Source: Cenococcum geophilum (taxonomy: Eukaryota). Taken from it: a DNA stretch of 64,000 nucleotides. The position numbers and the translations under genes are program-made. Positions within the stretch are counted from its first letter, which is position 1. Every line of letters starts with the position of its first letter. The DNA lies in assembly GCA_050273025.1 (NCBI GenBank), contig CP158636.1, forward strand, positions 8,370,001 to 8,434,000, written 5' to 3'. Positions 36,218 through 49,547 of the stretch are shown here, in pieces. Below the pieces are notes generated by a model. It searched no databases. It saw only the letters and a program-made list of their open reading frames with translations, and was not told the origin of the DNA.

Positions 36218-39200
36218 AAAGGAGGTATATAATAAGTTTCGCTAAAGTATAAGAAATGTTAGAAATTATAAGGTTACTACGGCCTACTTTTAAAGCTTCC
36301 TAGTTTAATATAAAGGCGTAGAAGATCTTAAGGGTAAGGTTAATAAGGCTAAATAGCTCCTTATAGATATAGAAATTGAGGAGTACTTACCTAACTAATA
36401 CTTTACTAAGTATAGTAAGGTAGATAGTATATAAACCGTTACTATTCTTAATAACTAATCTATACTCCATTTTACTATAAAGTTAGATATCTTTAATAAG
36501 CTAAGGGAGAGTTCCGCGTTCTCCTTTAATAATAGATACTTAGCGAACGTCTTTTATAGTATTATGCTAGATACTAGAGCCGTAGGAGTATCTATAGTAA
36601 GAGAACCTTAAGTTTAAGCCCTTTAGCAGCTTAATAGCTCTGTTTAGATTAACTATTTAACGGCAGGCTAATACACAATTTGTTTTAGCAAGGGTACTAT
36701 AATCTCTTTTAGTATAATTAGGGTCCAAACCCCCTTAGGGTATATTACCTTTTACGTTGTTCCTATAAACACCCCGTTTCTATTTTGTATTAAAGATATA
36801 AATAAATTAGGCGTTAAGCTTAATAACCTTAAGAATATACTTATTTAGGGAGATAATTAAGTACCCGTTATACGTAAGTAGGGTTACCCTTAGTTGCTCC
36901 TTTATTAACTAGAAAAGAGTATTGCTTAAAGCCACCTAATTAAGTTAGAGTTATATTAACTACACCGTTATTTTAGCCACCTATCCGTTTATTAATTACT
37001 TAGGGTTCTTTAGTAAGTAAGCTATAAAGTTAAGGTTAAGGCAATTAAGTATCTTATAAAGTACTATTATTACTACTAAATAAACTAGAAGTCCCCTAGC
37101 CGATTTAAGTTTACCCTTAAAAATAACTATAACTTTAACTTTTATATTATTGTTAATGTTATATATCTTAGTGGCAAGCTAGTACTCTAAGTTATTAACT
37201 TCTTAACCTCCTTTTAAGCTATATAATTTTTAAAGAATATATTAGCTAAAAACGCATAAGATACCCTTTAATTATATTAGATTAATATTTACCTAGAACC
37301 CCCTAATTAAATTATCTATAATATAGAAAAGAACTTCTTATTTATAGAGTTTCAATAATAGATAAAGGTAATAGCAATTAAGGTTAAGAAAGTCCCTATT
37401 AAGGCATATAATAGCATTAAAAAAGTAGAGTAATATTACGCGCTATTACACCGCATATATAAGATTATCTCTTTAAAACTAGAGGACGCTAGTAAAGAAC
37501 TTATCTTATAAATAGCTGTTAAAGCTATTAATAATTCCGCTGGCCCAGATAGACTTATACCTATATTACTAGTCTTTAGCGCCTACCCTTAAATAACTAA
37601 TAATTTTTTACTATTTCCCTCTATTATATAATAAGCTAAGGCTATTTATAAGGTAATAAAGGAGGTATAACATCTTTACGCTATATACTAGGTTAATAAC
37701 GTACTAGAAATAAAAAATAGCCTAAATACCTTAACTACGCTTGATCTGCTACTTTAGTTTAAAGTACGCGTATAGTATAAAAAGGGAGGGTAATTAGGCC
37801 TATATTAACTTATTATAATTAATAGTTAAACTTATACTATTTAGATACCTTATAGACCCACTTAATTCTATTTAACTGTTATTAAGCCTTATTATAAAGA
37901 TAATAGTTCTAAGCCTTTGTAGGATACCCTAAAAGAGGCCTTAAAGAAGAATTACAATTAATATACTCTAGAAGGCGACTATAATTCTAATATAATTATA
38001 GTAAATGCGCCGTAACTATAACGCGGTAGAGGTCGCCTAAAGGGATTATAAAATTGCTAATATCTTATTAATTTTAAAGAGCAATTTATTGCCGCTATTA
38101 AGAATAGAGTTAAGCTATTAATAGCCTTTATAACAGCTAAGGAGAAGGCTAACTTTAAACTTATAAAATTGCTCTAAAAGGAAGGTTATATTATAACTTT
38201 AGGAGCTCCTTTCTAAGCATCTAATAAGTAGGAGATTAATAGTCTTATTATAAGAGGAGTTTTTAAATTTAAGAAGTATAACCCTACTAAGTTTAATAAA
38301 GTTTATATTTTTAAGTTAAGGATAGTTAATAAGATTAAGGGCAAAGCTACTAATGCCCTATTTAAGAAATTAAGGCTTATTATCTAAGGTTATAATAATA
38401 ATAGTAAAGAGATAATTCTTATATAATCTCCTATAATTTAACGAGCTAGTTAGTAAGTTATTATTATATTAGCTTCCTCCTTAATAAAGAATAGAATAGC
38501 GGTTTATTTATAAGATATTACTTAAGCCTACACCTAATTAGAGACGCACCTTTAGCGCTTAATATTAGCATACCTTTTAGAGTAAATTTACCACTAGTAT
38601 CCTAAAGATATGATTATAGTTATGCTTAAGCCATTATATAGAATTATAAAGGTAGGAACTTACTAGTAGGCTACCTATAGTAAGCACTATAAAGAGAAGC
38701 TTTTAATAACTACTTTTATATTTAATCCCTACTTCTTTATTATAACTATAGGAACCCTATTTAGAATCGTTAGTATATAAACTAATAATATAATTATCTT
38801 AGGAGATGACCAATTCTTAGCTCTTAAAGAGGATAAGCTAGTAAAGGTAAATCTTATAGCAAAGCCAAAGGAAAAGCTTAATTTAATAACACTATTACTT
38901 TTTAATAAATGCATCCTCTCCCTAAATAAGGATTCTATTGCTTTACGCCAGAAGGGTTAAGGTAAGAAGATTAATGTTATTAATATTAATTCCCTAAAGT
39001 AAGGATATATAAAGCAATACGCTTATAAAGCTTATATTACTTCTATCTATTAACCTAAGGCTTTATTTAATCTCTTTATTACTACCTAATACTAGGAACT
39101 AATTAAGGACGACATTCTTGCCCTAAATAAATATCTTTCCTAGTAAATAAACCATCTTAATTAGGGACTACTTTATATACCTATTAATCTTCCTACCGCT

Positions 39201-42200
39201 AAGCTCTTTATATTTATTAATAGATTATTTATAAATAATAAAGATTTTAGCTCCTAGTTAGGATATAAGATTATTATTATAAACGAATTTATAGGAGAGA
39301 ATAACTTTATAATCTATAATAATCTTATTTATTAGAGCTTAACTAAGAGCAAGCGCGTTATTTAAAGTATTTTAGCGTTAGAGATATATAGAATAGTTAG
39401 CAGAGTTAATATAGTAATTATAATTAGAACTACCCTAAAGATAATTATAGATTAACTTAAACTTCCTATTATCTCTACAATTGTATATACCGACTTATAT
39501 TCCCTCTATAAGTGTTTAGTTAAGCTTAGTACTACAAAAGAAAAGCGCTTTATAATTAATATTATAGTACTTTAGTAATCCTATAAGCGTTAAAAACTCT
39601 TTAAAATTTAATAGATTAATAGCTAAAATAACCTAGTAGATATAATAATAAAGGCGAACCTAAATAAAGCACTAGAGACATTTATTAATATAAATACTCT
39701 ATATATATAAGTTAAAGGTTAGGTTAAAAAGGAGTCCTTAGAAATTTCTTAGTTATATAAGGTCTTAAAATATTTAGGAACTTTAACCGGCGGTTAAAGT
39801 TATCTAATTAGTTAGATTCTCTTGCTAAGACTTTTTAAAAGGGGGGATTCTATAGACCCTAACTTAACCTAGCTAATTAGGATTTTCCATCCCTAGGATG
39901 GAAAATTGCTATTGGCTTGCTTACTACTAGCGCCTTAACGGCCCTCTAAACAAAATACCTACCTATAACTTCTAAGTAAGAGAGCTACGTGCTAAGAGGC
40001 AAATTTTAGGATAGTGAGACTTATATTATAATGGCAATAGTAAGTAAGGAGGATTTATATTTGTTACAATAGTTAAGCAGTATTTATCTATAGATAGCAA
40101 CTATAAAAGAAGAGTTGCTAGTGTTAGGAATGAGGTAAGTTGCCGTCACATACGGCAAACTGCCGTCACGTGATGGCAAGTTGCCATCACGTGTCGCCGC
40201 GGCACTAGCGTAGCGAGGAGCCTTACGTTCCTCGCCCTTCCTTATTCCAAATCAATAAGCTTTATTAACCAACATCACTGTAACCCTACTTAAGTAGTCG
40301 TTATTGGTAAGTCACCCTATGTAACCAACATATAGTCGCCCTCTACTAGCTAGCGGAAAGACTTTTCTAATAGGTTTAGTACTTCTATTAGGCCTATAAG
40401 CAGCTCTTTAAGCAGCTATTAGTGTTCTTTTTATTTAACTAGTTTTACTAGCTCCGCTATATAAATCCTTATTACCTTTACGCCTTTTTGTTTATAGAAC
40501 TAGGTAAAATTAATAGTATAAGCATATCTAATGTCGTCTAATTTGGGGCATGTTTGGTTCTCTAGTGCTACGGCTAGGCTAATACGGCTTAGTTAGCCCC
40601 AGGGGGTGAAAACGCGGCGGCGGCCCTATATAGTATACGCGGGAGACAAATATAAGGTTAGGCGTTACAGGGAGAAGGTCTTAATTACTCTGGTTTTAGT
40701 CTTAGCTATAATACCTTTAGCTATTATACATGTGGTCGTATATACATATAGCAAATAACTTAGAGTTAAGTGTCTTATTAGCTAGCCTAGGTTAAGTAGG
40801 TATATATAGGGGGCTTATAGTTCTAGTAGTATTTATATTCTTAGGGGTAGGGCAATGGTCCAGTCTTTTAGAATCTTTGTTTTGTTTACTATATATATTA
40901 GCTTACTAGTATTAGGTACCTCTTTTACTATTAGCTAACGGTATCTAAGCGTTAGCCGTATAATACGTCCGTATAGTACTACTCAGTTATAATTAGGGAT
41001 GTACTATAGGAGATAGTTATAGGTATAGTAATTAGAGTTAAACTTAAGCCCTAGAATGGGGAAGTTTATACTTAGGTTATGCTTTTTAAGCTAGGGCATT
41101 TTAAGGATTACTAGTGTTAAGGGTAATAACTTTATAATATAGAAAAGCATAGATTTTATATAGTGGCCGATTGTTATTTTTACTATAAAGTAATAGGTAA
41201 TAAAGCTGGATCGGAGTCTATTAGTAAGGCGGAGTGGTTTTAAAACTAGGAGTCTTTTTTATTATAATATTGTGCTTCTTTATAAGCGAGTCTTTGTCTA
41301 TAAACGCTAGTGCTATACTACTACTATTAATAAGGCTTATTATTTTAATAAGAACTTCTAGGAGTAGGTTATATAGTAAGAAAAGGTAAGTCTAAATAAG
41401 GATAGAATTTCTATCATTATTTACTGTTCTAAGATTAAATAGTAGCTGGCTTAGAATAAGGTCTAACTAATCTAGTAGTATAAATTTAATCCTTTTATCC
41501 TCCTCCCTGTATAGTTCTAACCCTTAAAGGCGACTTAGTTTAAGGGTTAGCCTTTTAATAGCTGCGTTATAGGGCTTGGCTAGTGGCTATGGTCTTAGCT
41601 AGTATGTCCTAATATATTAGTCTCTAACGGTATATATATACTAGGGGGTACTTCGCCAATAATATAGCTAGTCTCGCGGTTAGTAGTAATATAAAGTACT
41701 TATTTATAGTTCGCGTATAGGACTATTAGCTAGGGCTACGTTAGGGAAGAGAATCATAGGGGTAGGTTTTTATATCTAAACCTACGTCCTTATCCGCGGT
41801 TACCGCCTTAATTACTATCCCCTCTAATAAAGAATCCGCTGCAGCTAGGGGGGGGGGTTAGCGCGGTAGTATTAGAAGGGGATTTGGGTTTTACTAAGGG
41901 TTATAAGCATCTTTTTAGTGGCTAGGTTAACTACACGCTATATAAAGTCTGTTATTTATATAATATCTTTAGACGTTATTAGGGAGGCTATTATTACCGC
42001 TGCCGAACTTAATGGCGTCTAGGTCTATTAGGTCATTCTATAGTAATATAGGTTAATAGCCGCTAACGGCACTTAGCTTAGTGGTATTTAACTTAATATA
42101 GTAGGCATAGTTCTATAGGTTATAAGCGAATATATCCATCTACTTACTCTAGCCTTTATAGTTAGCATCGCCAATCTTATAGCTAAGGGTAAAGGCTAGG

Positions 42201-43310
42201 TCCTTTATTTTAGAGGAAATATTCTTCTTAAACAAATCCACTTTTTATTCCTTAGTTTTGTTTGCTTTAATTATTAACTTATTAAGCTTTGCTTTCTAGG
42301 ACTAGTAGTTACGCTTACCTTAGCTTAAGATATCCAACTTATTTTTAGCCGCTTGGGTTATATCTATAGTCTTATAGTATCCTCTTATATATATAAACAT
42401 AGACTCTTGGTTAGAAAAGGTCTATTTACTTAGGTTATTTAGGTATATGCGTAGCGTGTTAAGGCCATGTTTAATATAGTTATAAGCCTTATCCGTTAGC
42501 ATATCTAATATATAGAGGATTTTGTCTATTGGGGTCTTAAAGCACTTTATATCCCTCCAGAAAATGCCTTAGATTTTTATTTCCTATATTTTAAATTTTT
42601 CTTATTTTTTAATTAGTGATCCCTTACTATTAAATAGGGTTAGATCTTTTATTTTACGCTTTTTTCTATAGGGCTTAGTTAAAAAAGGGGAGCTAGTAGT
42701 AGGGTTCTTGTTGGTAATAGTTTTGGTAAGTGTAGTAATCTAAGAGCTTAGGTTTTATATAGTCTTGGTATATATAAGGGCTTACTGTTTATATTATTTA
42801 ATATATAGTTTAAGTGTCTTAAAGGAGTTAATTCTGTGTTAAGCTTTTTTAATTTAGGACTTTATAGCTTGGCCTTTACTATAGACGGCTTAAAGGCCGC
42901 TCTTAATACCGGTTAAAAAGGCTATATATACGGAGAGTCGCTAAAAGGTTCCTACTATATTAAGGTCCTTTAAGTATCTAGGACCGTTCCTAATTGCCTA
43001 GGCGATATTAGTATAGGAGGTGTTAAGGAGGCGGGCAAGCGCTTCGCGAGGGTTCGTCAGCGGGACGTTGTCTATATTATGGTCGCCCATTCTAGGAGAT
43101 TTGGGTAAGGCAATTGGAATCTATAAGGCTGACTATAATACTAAGATTGCTAAAACTGTACTAAGGCTATGCTGAGACTGTGCTGAGATTGTCTGGGACT
43201 ATAGTACGGTATTATCGGTCGCGCTAGGTCGCGATTGTACTAGGAAAATAAAGATAGTAAACTGGGAAAAATAAAGATCGCAATAGGGTGCAATTAGAGA
43301 TACTATAAAC

Positions 43311-43497
43311 TATTATAGTGCTATAATAAAGTAGACTAAATAACTACGTTATAGTATAAAGAGGAGAAGAAGGTAAAAAGGGGGTATTATATATAAATAG
43401 TAGGGCCGGCCGCTAAGGTACTAGTGGTGGGCTAGCTAATAGTAGGAAATAGTACAAGACAGTATAAAACAGTATGCGTTAGGTCAGTGCCGTAATA
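43311..43497 (-). repeat. 5' LTR of Gypsy B
   Basis: Direct repeat of 1440-1626, followed by TSD TAAAC. Confidence 0.95.
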
Positions 43498-43502
43498 TAA
43501 AC

Positions 43503-44715
43503 TATAACGTTTATAATAAAGAGCTATTAGGAATAGTTACAGCACTTAAGAAATAGAGAGCATTCTTATAAGGTATAGAAAAACTATTTATAGTTAAGAT
43601 AGATTATAAGAACCTAATAGGGTTCCTAATAATAAAAGAACTTAATTAAAAATAAGTTAGATAGGTAGAGATGCTTATAGAATACTATTTTAAGATTTAG
43701 TATACTAAAGGAACTAAGAATATAAGGGCAGATACGCTAAGCAGAAAGGCTAAATTATAGAATAATAAGAAACTATTAGAAGTAATGCTACATAAAGATA
43801 AGGATGGATTAATTAGATATAATTACCCTAAATTAGCAGTAACTTAAGAGGATAATAAACTAGAAAAGGTCTATAAGACACTGGAAAGCTTTTAGGTATA
43901 AAGGATTTTAGAAGTATAGCTAGAAGATCTATAGATAGATATATATAGAAATTAAGAAGTAAAGTATATCCTAAAAAGCATAGCAGAGTATTTTATAGAA
44001 GACTTTTATAGGGGAATAACTTAAGGGCACAATAGAGCAATAGGCTTAGTGTTAAGACTTTAAAAAGAGTATATTATTAACGGAATCTAGGGCATAGCTA
44101 AAAAAAGTAATAAAAGAGTGTTTAGATTGCTAAAGGAATAAACTAATAAGGCATAAGCCGTATAAAGGGCTATAACCTATTAAAATACCAGAGAGACTAT
44201 AGGAGGTTATATTATAGGACTTTATTATTAAGTTATTAAAGTTAAGAGATCCTATTACCGAATAAGAGTATAAGATAATCTTAGTAATAGTGGACAAGTT
44301 AACTAAATAGGGCTACTTTATAGCATATATAGAAGAAATCTTAGTAGAAGATATTGCTAAAACCTATATTAAAGAAGTATTTATAAGATATAAAGTACTA
44401 AGTAAGATTATATTAGATAGAGATCTAAGATTTATAATAGTATTTTAGGAAGTATTCTTAGCGGAATAAGGAGTTAGAGTAGTAACTTTTACTATATATT
44501 ACTCGCAGACAGATAGTTAAATAGAAAGATTAAATTAGACGCTAGAATAGTATCTAAGACATTATATTAATTATGTATAGAATAATTAGGTATTATTATT
44601 ACTAGTTATATAGTTTATATATAATATAATACTATAAGAAGAAATAGGTATATTACTATTTAAGGCAAATTATAGATATAAGCTAAGAATATTATTATTA
44701 CTATAATAAGTAAAG
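43503..44715 (+). pseudogene. Gypsy A pol fragment: RNase H and integrase
   Basis: YNVYNKELLGIV..., ADTLSRK, integrase DFIIKL..ILVIVDKLTK, ILDRDLRF, YYSQTDS*IERLN*TLE*YLR (RIP-ed YHPQTDGQTER). Confidence 0.9.
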
Positions 44716-47700
44716 TGTTGGTTACATAAGGGGATATCACATAGCTACGGTTCGTAGATAGTATGATAATTGTTATTGTTGTATTGATTGATTCAGAAAG
44801 CAAAGGATCGTAAGGATCGCAGTGCCTAAGTAGGGGGCTGATAAGTCACTATAAGGGTGACTAATTAGAGACAATATAACCTTATCTATACATTCCGACA
44901 CTAGCAGTTCTTTCTTTATGCTTATAGCGCTGCAAAAAGGCAGTAAAGTGTTAGTTTAGCTGTAGGTAAAAGTAGTAAAAGTCTGTTTGGGTAGTAGTAC
45001 GGTACTAGCGGCGGTAGTAATAGTAATTAGGCATAGAGCTTGTCTATTAGTCGGTCGGTTAATTATAGGCGTATAGGTATAATTATTCGGTTAGTAGATC
45101 GCAGGCGTATCAGCGCGATAGTTATTATTTAGGTAGCAGTACGGTGCGAGCGTTAGGTGGTTCTATAGCAAGTCCGTTTATTTAACCTACCCCTTTATTA
45201 TATCGTCCGTAGGGTACTTAATTGCGGCTAAAGTTTTAGTAGTGGTTTTAGTTGTAGTTTCGGCCTTAATCTTAATTATAGTATTAGCGATCTGTAAAGA
45301 AGGTAGTATACACTTCTTAACTAGGGTGTTTCTTCTCCTATATAATAATTAAGGACTATAAGGGAACTCCCTAGCAAGCTATAAACAACTTATTATCTAT
45401 ATAGATCTTTATAATTATAGCTACCTCTTTACTATATTTAGGTCCTTACCTAGGTCCTTACTCTACACTAGGCACGGCCGGTTTAGGTAGTATATATATA
45501 TAATAATAATTCTTTAATTAACGTCTAATACGGATACTATCTAGCCCCACGCAGACTACTCCGTATATAAGGGAAAAGTAATATTAACGGGAAAAAACCC
45601 TTGCTACTAGGGGGGAGGAAAAACCCTATAAGCCACCTTAGTAGGATAAAAAACCCTAATTTGCTATATCCGTCCATAGCGGCGGCCCTATAGGTCTACG
45701 GCTACGTCCTATCCTCCTTAGATGTTCGAACTCCTTAAGAACCACTACTTCCTTCTCTAGCTTACCCTAGCTAGGGTTTACTACGTCCTAGCTAGGCCTT
45801 GCTAATTAATTGCCGTACTGCTGTTTCCTATATCTTAGCCATCCCCTATATACTATTTCTTGTCTAACTATTACTATATATACTATACCTTCCCCCCCCT
45901 AGGGCCTATTAAAGGTATAAGGGGGATTTATCCGTTCTAACTACCGTAATACTAATAAGCGAGCGGGATATTAGTTATATTTAGGTATCTTTTATACCTA
46001 GGCCCCAGCTAGGCCCTTTCTAAGGGTTACTACTCTATTAAAAGAAGACAGGGAAAACCGTAGGTCGCAATCTAGGCTACTAGGTAGTATTTAGTAGAAA
46101 AAACGGCGAGTAACCGCATGCTCCGCGGGCGATCGCCCTAGGGGTTAGGAGGGGCCGTATATTTACTTATTCGTCTACTTATTCGTTCGCGATCGCTTAT
46201 TCGTTAATATAAGAGGTCGTTAATACTTTCTATTAGGGGTTAGGGGATGCTATCGAATGCCGTATATCCACGTTGGATTGTATAGGTGCCTTAATAGGAG
46301 AATAGCATAGCTAAATTATAGAGGGCCATAGTAGTGGTTTTCGAGATCTCACCATCTAAAATTTTTTTACCACTGCCTATAACGCTTATAACCACGACCA
46401 CTAGGTCCTATCGCACGCTATATAATGTCTCTGCGTTGGCTCTAAGTCTAAACTTTAAAGACCCAGGTTCGTAGCCGTCACTACGTATAGGTGCAGAGTT
46501 TGTTTTTGACGGCCTATATATGTATATAGCTGCTGCAGTTACTACGGAGGTTCTTGCGGTAGTTCTTGTGGAGATTATTACGGAGATTACTGCGGAGGTT
46601 GCTGTAGAGGTTGCTGTGGAGGTTCTTGCGGAGGTTGCTACGGAGATTGCTGCGGCTGCTGTAGTTGCTGCGGAGGTTCTTACGGAGATTGCTGCGGAGG
46701 TTGTGGTTGCTATGGAGGTTGCTTTAGAGCTTATTACGGAGCTTAATGCGGAGCTTGTTGCGGAGCTTAAGGCACGGGTTGAGATACGGCAGCTTGAGGA
46801 ACTTAAGGTATTTAATAGCCTAAGGTTGTCTATAGTATTGCTTATAGCTATCCATTATTAGGATTCCCTTAAGAGTTAAACTTCTTTTAGTGCTTAATCT
46901 CTTGTGGAGTCCATTTATACTCTTTTTCTACGTTAAGGACTTACTAAATATTATCTCTAATAGTGCCCCCATTTATAGGTATAAACACTTCATTCTCCTA
47001 TAGAAAGTCTTAAAAATCCTAAATAATATAAATATTGCTAAGTGCCTAGGTGTTGGCAGTCTATCCTATAAAATCCTCCCTAAAATATTCCTATAGCTAT
47101 AAATCGGCGTAGTATTTACTTTAGTAAAATATAATACGGTATAGGAGAAAGCCGTTAACTTATTTTGCGGTATAAGTTATTATATTAATAGTAAATTCGT
47201 CCTAATCTTTATTAATAAGTTTCGCGTATATAGCTACCCCTAGTAGTAGGGAGTCTCTCTAGTTATCTAGAATAGCCATGTTTTTGGAGGAAGGGAAGTG
47301 TTATTAGTATAGGGATGGTCGTTTAGTATAGGGGTTGTTGTTTAGTATAGGGATTGTCGTTTAGTATAGGGGTTGTCGTTTAGTGTAGGGGTTGTCGTTT
47401 GGTACGCGTTCGTCGTTTAGTACGCGTTCGTGACGTATATTTGCGGTTATAGGGCTTAGGACCAGTTCTGGCCTTAAATCGCGAAGACTCGTAAAGCGTG
47501 TTATTCTGCGTGATGGACGCAAGAATCCGTAATCTTAGAAAGGCTCAGGACCAGTTCTAGCCTTTAAATCCTTAGATTCGTGGAAGAGTTCTATTTAAGG
47601 TTTAGGATCAGTTCTAACCTTAAAAGACAGCTTCCTCTAGCACGAGTAGCACTGGTATAATGGCTCGTCTCTTCTTGGTGGAATACCTAGCTATTCTATA

Positions 47701-47915
47701 GTATAACAGTGAAGTTAACCACTAATTAGTATTGGTTATATAAGGGGATATCACGTAGCTACGGTTCGTAGATAGTATAATGATTGTTATTATTGTATTA
47801 ATTGATTTAGAAAGCAAAGGATCGTAAGGATCGCAGTGCTTAAGTAGGGGGCTAATGAGTTACCATAAGGGTGACTAATCAGAGACAATATAACCTCTAT
47901 CCATACATTCCGACA
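44716..47915 (-). mobile_element. Non-autonomous Copia-derived LTR element J (3.2 kb, gag remnants only, no pol)
   Basis: 185/186-bp LTRs at 44716-44900 and 47730-47915, TSD TAAAG, CTAATTAGTGG after the 5' LTR. Gag-like segments are similar to H (46860-47110) and to C (45270-45490); no RT or integrase motifs seen. Confidence 0.88.
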
Positions 47916-47920
47916 TAAAG

Positions 47921-48490
47921 AAAACAAGTAGTATAGCTAAAGAAAGAATAAAGATATTAATAAATCTTTATGTAGACCTTATAGAATTAGCGAAAAAGGT
48001 ATAAAAAAGAATAAAACGGTATTATAACGCTAAGAGATCTAAGGGACCAGATCTTAAGGAGGGGGATAAAGTATGGCTACTATATAAAAATTTTAAGAGT
48101 TAATAACTAAGTAAGAAGTTAAACTATGTTAGACTAAGACCTTTTAAAATCACGTAGAGAATTTTACCGGTTATATTTAAGTTAAACCTACTAGCTAGGA
48201 TAAAGATCTACCCTATATAGTATATTATAATACTAGAACTAGTATATAAGAATATTAAGCTACTAGTTTATAAAGTAGACACGTATAGAGGATAAGAGGA
48301 AGATAAATAGTAAGTTTTAAAGATTATTAGTTATAAGGACATTAATAATAAAATATAGTATAAGGTTAAGTAGATAGGCTATAATAAGACTACTTAGGAA
48401 CCACTATAGAATCTGAAAAACGCTATAAGAAAGGTATAGGAGTATTAGAAGAGATTAGGTTAAGCAGTATTAATAAAGAAGGATCGCTAA
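47921..48490 (+). pseudogene. Gypsy A pol C-terminus: integrase tail and chromodomain
   Basis: KEGDKVWLL..KKLNYVRLRPFKI, then V*KIISYK..YKVK*IGYNKTT*EPL*NL (chromodomain pattern with Trp codons RIP-ed to TAG). Confidence 0.85.
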
Positions 48491-48529
48491 AAAATAAGTT
48501 ACCTAAGGGGGACCTAAGAAGAATAGTTG

Positions 48530-49074
48530 CCAAACTACTTAGATCTATTTCCTTTTTAGTTAAAAGAGAATCCATTTTTTTATTACTAAGTTCCTATAAA
48601 CCTTATTTTATAAGTTTCTACTCCTTAAAACAGACCTTTTTATAAACCTTTTTAAGATGGAGTAACTAAGTAGATGCCGCGATATAAGTATCTAGGGCCT
48701 TCTGCTCCGCATTATAAGAATATTTTAACTTAGTAAGAGTTTAAAACAACTTACTATTAAGATAAGCAATAGTAGATTAAATATAAAATCTTAAAATAAA
48801 TTAACTAGGGAACTAGACGACTATTAAAGATAATAGAACGCGTATATTTAGTATTAGAGGTAAAGCAAACATTATAGAACGAATAAATATTCGCTTTAGT
48901 GCACTCCGAGCAAAAGGGCAGTTATTAAGAAGATAGACTCGCTAACGCGATATAGACTAACCCCTCTTTTATATAACAAGAATATAAAAATAGTATAATT
49001 TTACTAAGCGATAATATTGCAGCAATAGTATGGGCACGACGTTAGGCGTATAAAGAAGAAGAAGCTTTAGGCAT
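48530..49074 (-). pseudogene. Antisense extra ORF relic in Gypsy A 3' region: Cys-cluster (Zn2Cys6-like) followed by coiled-coil-like segment
   Basis: The minus strand from ATG 49074 reads MPKASSSLYA*RRAHTIAAILSLSKIILFL-YSCY-IKEGLV-Y-IALASLSS**LPF-CSEC-TKANIYSF-Y-NV. Reverting TAT>TGT gives C-x2-C-x6-C-x13-C-x2-C-x8-C. The downstream end is approximate. Confidence 0.6.
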
Positions 49075-49182
49075 AATAAGCAATAATATTAAATTAATTA
49101 ATTAGACGGATATTATACCTTTAGTAAACGACTTAGAGATATTAAGCGTCTTTAAGGACAAAGATAAAAAGGAGGGAGATGG

Positions 49183-49547
49183 TATTACGGACGCTTTAAG
49201 TACAATATTATAACTACTAGGAGAGGAGTTAAAAGTAGCTAGTTAGTTAATTAAGGCATAGTTTAGAATAGAACTAGTAGAGCTATATAACGAGGAATAA
49301 TAACCAAGGTTATATAATATGCTATATATTAAATAAGAGGAACGGGAGGAACTTATATACCTTATATATAAGGAGGATTTCTTAAAAGTACGGTTGTGTA
49401 TTTAAAGGACTATAGTCCCTACCTAGATAGTTCTTCTCTTTATAGTAAATCTTAGAATATAATTAGAGTTAATCTATTAGGTAACCACTCCACTAGTTAT
49501 ATTTATATTATTAACTATTCTATACCTATATACCCAGCCCATTAACA
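49183..49547 (+). repeat. Probable 3' LTR of Gypsy A
   Basis: Starts TATTACGG (RIP-ed TGTTACGG) right after the purine tract and ends ...TTAACA just before hAT coding sequence begins. The partner LTR is not in the window, so the end is inferred. Confidence 0.6.

Larger units (their letters stand above)
20177..40330 (+). mobile_element. Ty1/Copia retrotransposon H (GalEa-like), split by a poly(A) retroposon and a LINE
   Basis: 209-bp LTRs at 20177-20385 and 40122-40330, TSD TATAG. Gag at ~20470-21202 and 23493-24527; pol at 36236-39730 (protease MLDTRAVGVS ~36564, LHRYFSHLS ~36960, integrase, RT SI*TNNII ~38773, RNase H). Confidence 0.93.
1440..43497 (-). mobile_element. Ty3/Gypsy chromovirus B (~7.0 kb when reassembled), carrying five direct nested insertions
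   Basis: 187-bp LTRs at 1440-1626 and 43311-43497 with TSD TAAAC (1435-1439, 43498-43502) and a PPT next to the left LTR. Internal pieces: 1627-2284, 8416-8811, 14797-15288 (integrase), 17879-19380 (RNase H/RT, AYLNNVLIF), 19618-20176, 40336-43310 (protease, gag; ATG near 43090). Confidence 0.93.
1..49547 (+). mobile_element. Ty3/Gypsy chromovirus-type LTR retrotransposon A (5' part outside window), RIP-inactivated, split by insertions B and J
   Basis: The pol frame runs 1-1439 and resumes at 43503 across TSD TAAAC (ELN|YNVYNKELLGIV = RNase H). It is interrupted again at 44716-47920 (TSD TAAAG) and ends near 48490 after a chromodomain-like segment. A purine tract AAAAAGGAGGGAGATGG precedes the probable 3' LTR. 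Confidence 0.88.

Noticed and set aside
44835..44875. Hammerhead-ribozyme-like CTGATGAG-TCACC...GGTGAC in the J LTRs
   Set aside because: The stem is followed by TAAT rather than the required GAAA core, even after RIP reversal. An Infernal search would settle it.
46520..46861. 113-aa Ala/Val/Glu-rich ORF on the + strand
   Set aside because: Antisense shadow of the repetitive Pro/Gln-rich gag linker of element J.
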